Source: Myxococcota bacterium
GTDB lineage: Bacteria > Myxococcota_A > SURF-8
Length of the DNA stretch: 64,000 nucleotides
Direction of reading: 5' to 3'
Assembly: GCA_963674735.2 (NCBI GenBank)
Contig: CAXXQS010000002.1
Span: forward strand, 1,056,001-1,120,000
Positions 40,723-50,501 of this stretch are shown piece after piece. The position numbers were made by a program, and so were the translations under genes. The number at the start of each line of letters is the position of its first letter. Positions within the stretch are counted from its first letter, which is position 1. Below the pieces are notes generated by a model. That model did not search any database. It had not been told where the DNA came from and saw only the letters and a list, made by a program, of their open reading frames with translations.

Positions 40723-43700
40723 TTAGAAAGCGAATTCATAAGCCGGTTCGGTGGTGTCGAGCCGGGCATTCGTATCCGCAAGGTAAACAAACGCCGCCAA
40801 TCGACTCAAAGCGGGATCGTGATCGCCATAAGCGGCCGGAATCAGAATATCGCCCGGTTGTGGCAATAGGGTCGGAAGCACATCCAAGCTGAGCGTAAAG
40901 CACCCGGTTGTCTCCCAAGCAGCCACGTCAACTCCCCCGGGCACAATCACCAATTGCTCGGAAACGACCCAGCTTCCGGCCGCCAATGAAGGCGCGTATT
41001 TGATACGCAGTTGTTCGTTCGCCGCATAAACCTGTTCAGGATGGAGATCGCTCGGCCAATAGCGATCAGCCGTTAGCGTAAGTGTACGGCTGGCGGTTTC
41101 CCACCCGATGATTTCGGCGGCCGGAGCGAAACCGCCATAGCGCCCTTGACCGCGCTCCAACGCTCCCAGGCGTACTCGTTCTCCCTCCAAGTCGCGTTCG
41201 ATTTCCACCACGTCGTACATGCATTTTTCAATGCCCCGGTCCCCCGCACCGCCACATACCAAAGGACTGCTCAACTCGATACGTGACAACAACTCCAGAC
41301 CTTCCGCCACCGAAGGCAACAAGATCAAATCGGTTTGCGTCAAAAAGCGATTGTAGCGGCGCAGAAATCCCCAAGCCATATTGTACAGCCAGCTTTCACC
41401 GGCGGCATCCGCCGTCAGCCGCCCGCTCCGTAAGGCGCGAGATTCCAAGGTGAGGGTATGATCGTGAGCGCTCCCGATAGGCAAACCGGTCTCATCGCTG
41501 ACAATAACGCATGTATCGAATCGCTCGTCCACCGGACTGTAGTCGAGTGTGGCTTCCACCCGATCGATACGCAAATCCTCGCGCCAGGTCAGGTGCGGCG
41601 GATCAAGCAGCACGGTATGATCCACTTCCGCGTCGGAGGTTTCGTGGGCCAGCCGCGGACGAAAGCGGCCGAGTTTGAGGCGTCCGGTAGAATCACTGAC
41701 CAAATAGACACCGAGTGAGCGGCAGATATCGGCCGCGACATCGCGATAAATTTCATCGGGTAGGATCATGCGCCGAAACGAGTGGTCGTAGTTCACGCTT
41801 AAACCAGCCAAGGTGTCCGCAAAGCTGGCGGTGTCCACCAAGCCGGGAGGAAGACGAAGGCCGTGGCGCGACAAAGGCCGATCCGCATCGAGAAGATCCA
41901 GCAGGAATTCTTCCGGAGTGCTCGGAATGATCAACGGCTCCCCGTTGCCCGGATTGATGATTCGATCGGAGCACCACCATTCCTGTACGGTGCTCCCGGC
42001 CGCGTGCGAGACCGGACGCGTACCGTAAAGACCCCGCAGACAATCGACCAAGCACGGCCACTCGATCATTGAAACCGTCGCGCCGGGTGCGTGGACCGCC
42101 GCTTCGCTGCCCCAGGCTCCGCGATAACAATCGAGCAGCAGATTCGAATTCGCGGGGCGACTTCCATAAACAATCACCTCTTCCTCGATTTGAATCCATC
42201 CGCCGCTCTCGGGAAAACCGTCGGGAATCGCCAGGCGCAAAACGGTGCTATCCACTCCAACGGCAAAGGCCAAAACGGTTTCAGGGGCGGTGTCATCCAA
42301 TCCTTGAATCGAGGTATAAGCCACCAGCTCATCATCGATCGATACGAGTTGACCGGATTCGAAATAACGCAAATCGGGTTCCAGCGACGAAGGCGAAGCC
42401 AGGTAGATGCGAGTATTGTACGATCCGACACCACCCGCCAAGACGTGTTTAGCCGCCACTTCCACCCATGACAGTTCCAAGCCGGGCGAGCTGGTCGCAC
42501 CGGCCGGGTTCTGATAGATCTCCCCGGTTTCCCCTTCGAAACCAAGGGTGCCCAAGATGGAATCGTGGTCGCTCGAAACCGGTGCTTGATCGACCAACTG
42601 CAGCATATAATCGACCCGAAAACGCAGATGCAAACGCCCATCGGCGTCGATATCGAAATCGCCCGCCACTCCCGGCACAACCCTATCGATGGCCAATTTC
42701 AAGGCCGTGGCGAGATTGCGCGGATGTCCCAGCGATCGGGCATCGGCCAGATACGGTCCCGGAGCCAATCGTGCCGTGATCGTCTCCCACCCCAACGACG
42801 GATGAACGGAGCGACGCAGGTAGAGAGTGTCGTTGCCACGGCGGCCGGCTTGGGTTTTCTCGGCCTGGATCATGACCTGGTCGATCAGGCGGCCGCTTCC
42901 CATTTGCGTGCCCACCCGATTGTCCAGGTTCCCCAGCGGGTCGGTCAAACTCAGGCTGAATCCGGCCAGGTTGTCGGCGGCGGGTGACAAGCTGTCGATG
43001 ATCCCGGCAAACAACACCGGATCATCAGGCCGACGGGTGGAACCGGTGGGACGGCGCAGCCAGGCAAATCGACCGCGCCAGTAGGGATTGGCCGCCATGA
43101 CAGCTTCCCCGGCCAAGTGTTCGTTTGCGCGGGTACGGTGTGCACCACGGGTGATTCCCGTCAACAAGGCCGCTCCCGCTTTTGTTTCGTAAACGACCGC
43201 TTCCTGACCGATATAGGCTACACCGCTTTCGGGAAACCCATCCGCATTTTCCAAGACGATGACGGCATCATCCTTATCGATCGCAACGGTCAGGCTCGTG
43301 CGGGTTTCTTCGGCATGCCGAGGATTGAAAGCCGCCGTCAGATCGCCATCCAGATCGACCAGCCGAATGTCCATGCCACCCGAGACCGCCACTCCGGTCG
43401 CCATGTCGAGCGTTTGCGACAAGCTGGCCGGCAGACGCGACTGATCGATGTAAGCGGCCGGAATGACATTCATCCCGTTTAGATGCAGGCCTTCGATTTC
43501 GAGGTAGAACGGATCCTGGTCTTTCGCATCCAGACGAAACACCACCACCGCGTAATCGGGATCCACCGCCGCATGTGTCGTGCGCAGACGATAGGTTCCG
43601 GAAAGCGCGGTCAATCCGAAACACAGGCTTTCAACGACATCATCGATCAGGCTGGCGGTAATCGTGAGCAAACGTTCGTTTTGCGCAGCAGGAACGAAAC

Positions 43701-43839
43701 CGAGCAGACCCTCGTCACGTTCGAGGATCCAGGTGGCGGGGTCGAAAAGCGGATCGGGAACCGACTGAGGCGGACTCAAACACGCCGATATGCGATTCGG
43801 TCCGATCCGGTCTCCTAAACGTTGCAAGCGGATGGACAT
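40723..43839 (-). CDS. Large tail-tip/baseplate hub-like protein (~1038 aa)
   Basis: Largest tail gene; repeated RG..GT/S...H..G..V modules seen in phage tail proteins; start moved to ATG 43839. Confidence 0.65.
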   Translation of the reverse strand: MSIRLQRLGDRIGPNRISACLSPPQSVPDPLFDPATWILERDEGLLGFVPAAQNERLLTITASLIDDVVESLCFGLTALSGTYRLRTTHAAVDPDYAVVVFRLDAKDQDPFYLEIEGLHLNGMNVIPAAYIDQSRLPASLSQTLDMATGVAVSGGMDIRLVDLDGDLTAAFNPRHAEETRTSLTVAIDKDDAVIVLENADGFPESGVAYIGQEAVVYETKAGAALLTGITRGAHRTRANEHLAGEAVMAANPYWRGRFAWLRRPTGSTRRPDDPVLFAGIIDSLSPAADNLAGFSLSLTDPLGNLDNRVGTQMGSGRLIDQVMIQAEKTQAGRRGNDTLYLRRSVHPSLGWETITARLAPGPYLADARSLGHPRNLATALKLAIDRVVPGVAGDFDIDADGRLHLRFRVDYMLQLVDQAPVSSDHDSILGTLGFEGETGEIYQNPAGATSSPGLELSWVEVAAKHVLAGGVGSYNTRIYLASPSSLEPDLRYFESGQLVSIDDELVAYTSIQGLDDTAPETVLAFAVGVDSTVLRLAIPDGFPESGGWIQIEEEVIVYGSRPANSNLLLDCYRGAWGSEAAVHAPGATVSMIEWPCLVDCLRGLYGTRPVSHAAGSTVQEWWCSDRIINPGNGEPLIIPSTPEEFLLDLLDADRPLSRHGLRLPPGLVDTASFADTLAGLSVNYDHSFRRMILPDEIYRDVAADICRSLGVYLVSDSTGRLKLGRFRPRLAHETSDAEVDHTVLLDPPHLTWREDLRIDRVEATLDYSPVDERFDTCVIVSDETGLPIGSAHDHTLTLESRALRSGRLTADAAGESWLYNMAWGFLRRYNRFLTQTDLILLPSVAEGLELLSRIELSSPLVCGGAGDRGIEKCMYDVVEIERDLEGERVRLGALERGQGRYGGFAPAAEIIGWETASRTLTLTADRYWPSDLHPEQVYAANEQLRIKYAPSLAAGSWVVSEQLVIVPGGVDVAAWETTGCFTLSLDVLPTLLPQPGDILIPAAYGDHDPALSRLAAFVYLADTNARLDTTEPAYEFAF

Positions 43840-43852
43840 GATTTTTCTTCCT

Positions 43853-44569
43853 TCACTGTTGGTCGAACAGAAGATCGGCATCGTAGCGAGCGGGCCGAGG
43901 CGCCGGCCAGGTTCGGCTGGGAGACCATTCACTTTGGCCCGTGAGGTCGGGCCGCAAAACCGTCCAGCGCTGCCGCATGGGAGCCTCCAAGCACGCATCG
44001 AAAGCCGCGTCCCACAACAAAGGCGTCTCATTTTGCGCGGCGTCCAACCAGAGTTGCTTGAGCCGTTCGGTTTGCGCCACATCGAGCGCGGTGAACCGCA
44101 GCTGCCGCGGGTACCGTGTACTCAGGCTCCGCCCGTCCGTTCGGCCGCTCAACGACGTCGCCACCGCACTCGCAACAACGGTCGCCGGGCCACTGTCGTC
44201 CCGCAGGCCTTCGACAACAAAGCAGCCGGAAGGAGACAGTGGCGATGTCCAGGACGAACCGGGTGGCGAGTAGGTTTGTGCTTGAAAACCGAGCCAGGCG
44301 TGGCATCCCTCCTCGGGAAATTCGAGTTCGAACGGCAACGAATGGGAGAGCGTGACTCGACATCCGGCGGCATTGTCGGCACGCGACAAACGCAGCTCGA
44401 ACCCGGTGGGGGCCAGCGCCTCGGCGAGGGCCGCCAAAAACAGCGGCCAGGCATCGAACGACGCGACGGCAAGAGATACGGAAGTCCACTCGCTTTCGCC
44501 GTCGAACCGTCGGCGCAATATCGTACTAGGGCGCGCAAGCGTAATCGGGGTATACAAGGCTACCGGCAT
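43853..44569 (-). CDS. Putative distal tail protein
   Basis: ATG overlaps upstream stop; position between tape measure and hub; similar to 44569-45282. Confidence 0.5.
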   Translation of the reverse strand: MPVALYTPITLARPSTILRRRFDGESEWTSVSLAVASFDAWPLFLAALAEALAPTGFELRLSRADNAAGCRVTLSHSLPFELEFPEEGCHAWLGFQAQTYSPPGSSWTSPLSPSGCFVVEGLRDDSGPATVVASAVATSLSGRTDGRSLSTRYPRQLRFTALDVAQTERLKQLWLDAAQNETPLLWDAAFDACLEAPMRQRWTVLRPDLTGQSEWSPSRTWPAPRPARYDADLLFDQQ

Positions 44570-45282
44570 CAGTCCTCCAAAACAAACGTCAGGGTGGCGG
44601 TCCAATAAGGCGCGTATCGGCTTTTTCGTGTAAGCCAGCTGTGCTTCCCGGCCATCTGATCCGGGTCGAGGCGAGCGGATTCGTAATTCGACATGGCGTC
44701 GTAAAGACGCAGAGCACGGCCCTCCGCCGCCCGCTCGACCCAACGGCGCACATGGTCGGCTTCGCGCTGGGAAAGAAACGGAACCCGCAGCGTTCGACGG
44801 CGGGTGACGCCGCATAGAACCTGTTTCTTACGGCCATCCAGGCCGCATGCCGCCTCCGCCAATACGTGCAGCGCATCGACGTCCCGATTGACGGGTCGTT
44901 CGAACACCAGCACATTCAACGGCGTTCGCGCCGCTTGCTGCGATAAGGCAAGCGGGGGAGGATCGGTGCTCGTGAAGCCGAGTATTTCCAGCAGCGGACA
45001 CAGCCGCGCCTGTCCGTCGGCCGTCGACGGTATCCCATAGGTGAATGGGGTCGCAGCGGACAAAACCATACGGTGGTCGGAATCCAATCCGGCCGTGCCA
45101 CCCGGCAAGATGGCCGACATGGCCGTGGCCACGGCATCGGTCAAGGCATGAGCGTCGGCATACACGCCTGAAGGAATGACGAGTTCCACCTCTTCGGATG
45201 TCCCCCAGCACAGCCTCAGCACGCATTCGCTGTAGTTCACCCCGGTCGCCAACGTCAGTTCATGATGAAAAGCGCCCATCAA
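44569..45282 (-). CDS. Putative distal tail protein
   Basis: Directly after tape measure; ends in WTATLTFVLE beta strand. Confidence 0.5.
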   Translation of the reverse strand: MMGAFHHELTLATGVNYSECVLRLCWGTSEEVELVIPSGVYADAHALTDAVATAMSAILPGGTAGLDSDHRMVLSAATPFTYGIPSTADGQARLCPLLEILGFTSTDPPPLALSQQAARTPLNVLVFERPVNRDVDALHVLAEAACGLDGRKKQVLCGVTRRRTLRVPFLSQREADHVRRWVERAAEGRALRLYDAMSNYESARLDPDQMAGKHSWLTRKSRYAPYWTATLTFVLED

Positions 45283-46001
45283 ACTGCCTCCAACGCACGC
45301 CGCCGAATGCGGGGAGCCGTACGCCCGGCGTGGTCGTTAAGAGCCTTGGCGGTCAAGCGGGCCAACCCGCGCTCATCATAGAAGCCGCCTTCGAAATGGT
45401 AGTAGTACACCACCTGGCCCGCATCGCCATTCCCCTCGGCGGGCATGGGTGACAGGCTGCTCGACCCGGTTCCCGCGCCTCCACCCAACGGCAGCGATCC
45501 GGCCGTACCCGCTCCGGAGCCCAGCGAGCCGCCCGAGCTTTTCAGTTCGGATGCAAAGGCTTTCACCACCCCGCCCAATGCAATGAGCGCCAATCCGCCC
45601 GCGAACAGCGCCACCGGGTTTCCGGAAAAGAGCGCCGTCAACACCTGGGAGGCCGCCACCGCCACCGAACCGAGCATGACGGCAAACTGGCCCAGCAAAT
45701 CGAGAAAACCGGCGAAGAAGTTCTTTCCCGAAAATTCGGCTCCGCTGATCAGCGTGCCGACCATGAAACCGACCATTTCCGCCGTCTGCATCACCATGCG
45801 TTCCAGGGCACGCGTCATAACGGCGGTCGCCTGCTGCTGGGCACGGGTTTGCGCTTTGATGAGGGTTTGAATGTGGCGCGTGGTTTCGCTGTAGAGTTGC
45901 CGAACACGCTGATGGTAGCGCGACTCCTCGGCCAGTCTGCGGTTGGTCGATGGTGTCGCCGACACACTCACCTGTTTGTTGGTTTGATGGATGGTAAACA
46001 T
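45279..46001 (-). CDS. Short tape measure protein (240 aa)
   Basis: Follows chaperone pair; helical N-terminus, Ala/Gly-rich hydrophobic segments, C-terminal VVYYYHFEG strand. Confidence 0.6.
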   Translation of the reverse strand: MFTIHQTNKQVSVSATPSTNRRLAEESRYHQRVRQLYSETTRHIQTLIKAQTRAQQQATAVMTRALERMVMQTAEMVGFMVGTLISGAEFSGKNFFAGFLDLLGQFAVMLGSVAVAASQVLTALFSGNPVALFAGGLALIALGGVVKAFASELKSSGGSLGSGAGTAGSLPLGGGAGTGSSSLSPMPAEGNGDAGQVVYYYHFEGGFYDERGLARLTAKALNDHAGRTAPRIRRRALEAV

Positions 46002-46017
46002 CCTTTTCTCCTCTTGC

Positions 46018-46386
46018 TTATAAGTCTCGGTCGCGATCGTGATTCAGATGCGCGGCGGCTTCGTCCTGACGGCGTTTGTGCCGCCTGCGTGTTTCAGCCA
46101 TGAGCCGCTCGATAACCGCCATTGTTTCCGTAAACAGATTGGGCTGGTCGAGCCAGCCACCGGGCTCCGGCAATATCCCTCGTTCGATCCGCGCCGCCCA
46201 GGCGAACGGATCGCCCAGAGGTAACGTTCCGATTTGAAGCACGTAGCGGGGACAGCCGGTCACGGCCAGGGGCGTTCCGTCGAGATCGTCGAATTGCGCC
46301 GGACCGATCGCGGGATCATTGCAACGCCCACCGAATGGGCAAGCCGAGCAATCGAGGCGTTCGTCCTCGCGCTCCACGTCGTCCAA
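46018..46386 (-). CDS. Tail assembly chaperone extension (gpT-like, likely made via -1 frameshift)
   Basis: In the -1 frame of the upstream ORF; LPEPGGWLDQP motif. Confidence 0.65.
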   Translation of the reverse strand: MDDVEREDERLDCSACPFGGRCNDPAIGPAQFDDLDGTPLAVTGCPRYVLQIGTLPLGDPFAWAARIERGILPEPGGWLDQPNLFTETMAVIERLMAETRRRHKRRQDEAAAHLNHDRDRDL

Positions 46387-46400
46387 ACGATAGGCGATGA

Positions 46401-46865
46401 TCAGTTTTTTCTTTGCCCCTCGCCCAGCCGCGCGCGCGCCAGAATCACCGCCCCGATTTCCACCACCACTTCAACCGGTAAAGGTGACGTGTCGAGCCAG
46501 GACTCTTTGATCACGGGAGGATTTCCACGTTGCACGTGCCGCGCCGGATCGAAGCCGGACAAATTGCGGATGTCAGCGACGCCGTAGCGAAAAGCCATGA
46601 GCGCCGCTTCGTGAACCGCCACATCCACTTCGCCCTGCGGCGTGCCGTGCATCATCACATCCAGAAGTCGAGCAACCAGCCGATGTGAAAGAGGACGGCA
46701 AACGAATTGCGTCGGCTGCTGGCCCGCGTGAAAGACCAACCGGGTCGGGTTGTAGGAATAGTCGCGCTCGTAGGATTCCATGTCGCTACGCTCGCGGTCG
46801 ATGGCCGGATCGTGTACGGAAACCAAGGTGAATTCGGTCAGGCCGGTTTGGGGAATGAACGCCAT
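46401..46865 (-). CDS. Tail assembly chaperone (gpG-like)
   Basis: Between tail tube and tape measure; ends in slippery A-AAA-AAC then TGA. Confidence 0.7.
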   Translation of the reverse strand: MAFIPQTGLTEFTLVSVHDPAIDRERSDMESYERDYSYNPTRLVFHAGQQPTQFVCRPLSHRLVARLLDVMMHGTPQGEVDVAVHEAALMAFRYGVADIRNLSGFDPARHVQRGNPPVIKESWLDTSPLPVEVVVEIGAVILARARLGEGQRKN

Positions 46866-46907
46866 GATCGCTCCTTATATTGGGGTTGTGTTTCCGAGTC
46901 GGGGGGA

Positions 46908-48152
46908 TCAACTTTCCGGGGCCTCAACAGGCGTCCCGGCAAAAGCCCAGGTCCAATCGGGAATCCCCGGTAATCCACTCGGTAAAACCACAAACGCCAG
47001 TTCCATCGCCAAGAGGCCGTTGATGGTCGTTTCCTTGACGGCGGTCAGTTCGCACACCGGCGCATGAAAACCCACCCCGTCCGCGGGGCCGCCGACCACC
47101 CAAGAGAAATCGACCCTTTCGCCTCCGCTCAGTGTTTCGGTGTAGGCCGGATCCCAGTAGACCACCGCTTTGCCACCCGTGGCGATGCGCGTCAGGGCGA
47201 AGCCCGCGCGTCCGTTGGCGGCGTTACCGTCGGGAATGGCTTCCCACTGGTTACCTAGATCGAGCGACAAACTCTGATAGGCCAGACGCTGTCCGTTCAG
47301 GCGAAATTCCGCATTCAGGGTTTTGAGATCCGCCGGTTTGACGGGCCAGCTTCCCGCTCCGGCCGAATGGCTGATCACCGGGGTGCCGGCCGCGATTTCG
47401 TAGCTGTCGCCCTGCAGCGCAAACGCAATCATGAGACGTTTGCCCGCCTGAGCGTCGTCGATCTTGGCCGTCCCGTACATGCCGGTGTAACGCCAGACCG
47501 GCGCCGACTCTCCGATGGCGATGCCGCTCACTTCCAAACAGGCGCTTTGCTGACCGGTCGCACCGGGCATGGCTTGGACGGCCGCATAAAGTTGGCCGGT
47601 CGCAGCAGGTGCAGTGGATAAGTTCCAGGCCGCGCCGCCCTTCCAGGGTCCGGCCAAGGTGACGGCATGGCTCGTATCATCCAAGGCCGCGATCCAACGC
47701 GCTTCGAAATTCCCGGAGCCCAGCGGATCGACAAACACCAGCCCACCGGGAGTGAAACACTCGGACGGGACGCCGTCGAGAATCACGGAGTCCAAACCGC
47801 CCCCCGTAACGGCCGCGCCCGTATCGGCGTGCCGTGCAGCGCAACAAGTAGCCAGTAGCGAAGCCAACTCGGGATTGAGCCGCGCTTCGATATCCGGTCC
47901 CGCCGCGTACCCGCCTCCGCGAGCCGGTAGCGACAGCTTGACTTCGCAGGATTTGGCTCCGGGTAATCCCGGCGAATTACCCAGATCGGCGCGGATATAA
48001 TCACGTTCGAGGCGTTCCGTTTTTCCCACCTGTGAAAAACCCTCGGTATCGGGGCGAATTTCACCATGGTCGGCGGGGTCGGCGTTGAAAACGCCGTATG
48101 CCGTCTCGGAAGCGGCGAACAATCTATAACGTTGCGCGATGTAGCGTGACAT
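46908..48152 (-). CDS. Major tail tube protein
   Basis: N-terminal ETAYG motif; SLSLDLGN strand; strong GAGGAGG RBS; position. Confidence 0.7.
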   Translation of the reverse strand: MSRYIAQRYRLFAASETAYGVFNADPADHGEIRPDTEGFSQVGKTERLERDYIRADLGNSPGLPGAKSCEVKLSLPARGGGYAAGPDIEARLNPELASLLATCCAARHADTGAAVTGGGLDSVILDGVPSECFTPGGLVFVDPLGSGNFEARWIAALDDTSHAVTLAGPWKGGAAWNLSTAPAATGQLYAAVQAMPGATGQQSACLEVSGIAIGESAPVWRYTGMYGTAKIDDAQAGKRLMIAFALQGDSYEIAAGTPVISHSAGAGSWPVKPADLKTLNAEFRLNGQRLAYQSLSLDLGNQWEAIPDGNAANGRAGFALTRIATGGKAVVYWDPAYTETLSGGERVDFSWVVGGPADGVGFHAPVCELTAVKETTINGLLAMELAFVVLPSGLPGIPDWTWAFAGTPVEAPES

Positions 48153-48178
48153 CGGTCCTCCTCTATAATGAGCCGCAC

Positions 48179-48634
48179 TTAAGCGGTGGGTTCGTCCACG
48201 ATCAACGTGAAACGATGATCGAACCGCAACCGTTCGTCATCCAACGGCAGCAGGCTGCTTTGTTCGTAGGCTAAAAAACGCGCGTTCGTTTCAGCCGAAC
48301 GGGCCTCGGCTTCGAACAGGTTCCGTATCTGCTTCGTTTCGGCGGCGAAGTAGGTATCCGCGAGTTCGGCACGATGACGCAAAGGATATAAAACCGCCAG
48401 TTCGAGAACGGCGGATTGGCTTGTCCAATCGAGTCCGGCCACATCCTCCGGGCCGATCTCGTTGAGGCGCAATGCGAAACGACGCCAGGCTTTTTCGTCA
48501 CGCTCGCGATCCAAATCGCGCCAGGCGGCGCGCCGATAGCGATCCGTGAACGGCGCCCGGTCGACATGCGCGAAGGGTGTAACCGATTCGAGCAAGGTCA
48601 CGAAGCGTTCGACTTGATTCGCGAGACGCGTCAT
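48179..48634 (-). CDS. Putative tail completion/terminator protein
   Basis: 151 aa, directly upstream of the tail tube; positional inference. Confidence 0.45.
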   Translation of the reverse strand: MTRLANQVERFVTLLESVTPFAHVDRAPFTDRYRRAAWRDLDRERDEKAWRRFALRLNEIGPEDVAGLDWTSQSAVLELAVLYPLRHRAELADTYFAAETKQIRNLFEAEARSAETNARFLAYEQSSLLPLDDERLRFDHRFTLIVDEPTA

Positions 48635-49335
48635 GGCGACAACCTCGCGCCGCTATGGTTGGCGCATACCTGGGTTTGAGAATATTGCGCATCCGGGCGC
48701 AGCCTCAGCGCGGCCAGGAAACGACTCAAGCTGCGGGCATAACGCCGCCGCCAGATGTGATATTTTTCCATCCGGTCGCCATCGCCATCGCCGGAGGCAC
48801 GCAGATACCACAAGCTTAGGGTCAAAAGCCGATGCAGGCGATCGAGCGCGGCCTTGTCCGCCACCCACCCCGGAGCCAATCCGCGTGCGCGCAACGCCAA
48901 ACGGATCTGTTCCTCCGCTTCGCCCATCACGCTTAAAACGACGCCCTCCCGTTCGGCGCGGTCGAAAGCAAGCGACGGTGCCAGGGCCGCCAGATCGGCA
49001 AGGGTGGAGGCGGGTCGCCAGGGATCGGCCACGAGGTCGACATACACCAGCCGATGGTGGGTATGACCGGCGTTGGTGAAGCTGATATCGAAACGGTAGT
49101 TGGCCGCCGCCTTCCAGATCCGGTCGTCTCGGGTATCGAGGTCGAGCTCGAATCGCAGGGCCGCCGCGTTCCAATTCATCGCCGCTTCGAAAAGCACCGG
49201 GTTCGACCCCGCGGGAGGAAAGACGTTCAGTAGCGCCGTCGGTGTTCCGTCGAGTTCATTCCCCGCAAGACCGGGGCGATAGTCGAAGCGTTCGGCCTCC
49301 ACACCCAGGCGACATTCATCGCTGTAATGAAGCAT
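48631..49335 (-). CDS. Putative head-tail adaptor
   Basis: Helical C-terminal half; neck position; inference. Confidence 0.45.
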   Translation of the reverse strand: MLHYSDECRLGVEAERFDYRPGLAGNELDGTPTALLNVFPPAGSNPVLFEAAMNWNAAALRFELDLDTRDDRIWKAAANYRFDISFTNAGHTHHRLVYVDLVADPWRPASTLADLAALAPSLAFDRAEREGVVLSVMGEAEEQIRLALRARGLAPGWVADKAALDRLHRLLTLSLWYLRASGDGDGDRMEKYHIWRRRYARSLSRFLAALRLRPDAQYSQTQVCANHSGARLSP

Positions 49336-49380
49336 ATCGAATTCCTTTCTTTCCGGCTTCGGGCCGGACCCGGTACGGAC

Positions 49381-49794
49381 TTACTCCACGAATTCGAGGG
49401 TCAAGCGGCTGGAGCAGTCCAGCATGTGAGACGATCCGGTCGGACCGGCCAGAATCATGAACGTACCGGGTTCGTTGGCCGTAACCTGTAAATCGAAGGC
49501 TCCGGCGCTGTCGGTGAGAACCACCAGGTCGCTCGTTTCATCGTTCACCATCACCATTCCTTGACCCAGTTCCGTATTCGTCAGAGTCGGACCCGGCGGA
49601 TTGCTGAAAACGTTGATGGCGACAACGTCCTCGAACGGGGCACCAGTCAGATCGGTGACTTGCAAACGTACGGTCTTAACCGCGTTCGTTACGGGTAGCG
49701 GCTCGGCCCAGGTAACCACGCCGAAGCGGTGAAGCAATTCCGGCGACAGGTCGGCGGGCGCAATTTTGTGGGGGGGATATTGTTGCAGATTCAT
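49381..49794 (-). CDS. Hypothetical virion protein (Ig-like beta sandwich)
   Basis: VRLQVTDLTGAP..LTDSAGAFDL pattern. Confidence 0.5.
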   Translation of the reverse strand: MNLQQYPPHKIAPADLSPELLHRFGVVTWAEPLPVTNAVKTVRLQVTDLTGAPFEDVVAINVFSNPPGPTLTNTELGQGMVMVNDETSDLVVLTDSAGAFDLQVTANEPGTFMILAGPTGSSHMLDCSSRLTLEFVE

Positions 49795-49797
49795 CGT

Positions 49798-50076
49798 CTA
49801 TCTCCAACTCAAAAGGGCCGCCACCGAACCGCCGTCGAGGTCACTGGCCACGGCGCGCAGTTCATGCCAGCCGAAATTGTCGAGGTTGAGTTCCCCGGAA
49901 ACGGTGAACGTCGCCAACGCGCGCCAGGAGCCATCGACCAAACGACCTTGGACTTGGCACGTGGCCGTTCCGGAGAGCGTCGCCACGACCAGCAGGCGGT
50001 CGAGGTGCGCCACGCCCACCGCATCACCGGTGGCGTCGACGGTGGTTTCGAGCAGGGTGTGGGTGTGATAACCCAT
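49798..50076 (-). CDS. Hypothetical virion protein (candidate capsid decoration)
   Basis: AAGGAGG RBS before ATG 50076; beta-rich. Confidence 0.5.
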   Translation of the reverse strand: MGYHTHTLLETTVDATGDAVGVAHLDRLLVVATLSGTATCQVQGRLVDGSWRALATFTVSGELNLDNFGWHELRAVASDLDGGSVAALLSWR

Positions 50077-50138
50077 TTTTTCCTCCTTAAGTGAAACGGC
50101 GGACCGAATCGAACTCCGGTCCGCCGTCCGGTTCGCGC

Positions 50139-50492
50139 CTAGATCGACAACACGACGCTGTAAGTGAAAACGGGCGTGTCGCCGCCCAGGGTGGAGCGAT
50201 AGCGATAGGTACGATAGGACTGAGGCCCAACCGGTACGAATTGCCGACCGCTCGCCGTCGCTTGCGCGAAACACGCCACTTCGGTCCAGCTTTCGCCGTC
50301 GTGGGATCCGTCGATCGCAACATCCAACGTGGGCGCATCGCCCGTCGCCGCCGAGACGGACAGCCATGCCAAGGACGCTTCGGGCAGGCTGCCGATATCG
50401 TTGGCGCTGCCGTTGGTACTCGTACTTTCGGCCGTTTCAGCTTTGAGAACGAGCCGTGCGTCGAAACGTTCACGGGTCCGGGGGTCGTTCAT
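50139..50492 (-). CDS. Hypothetical virion protein (candidate capsid decoration)
   Basis: AGGAGG RBS; PTLDVAIDGSHDGESW..YRYR jelly-roll-like pattern; follows the capsid gene. Confidence 0.55.
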   Translation of the reverse strand: MNDPRTRERFDARLVLKAETAESTSTNGSANDIGSLPEASLAWLSVSAATGDAPTLDVAIDGSHDGESWTEVACFAQATASGRQFVPVGPQSYRTYRYRSTLGGDTPVFTYSVVLSI

Positions 50493-50501
50493 GAACACCT
50501 C

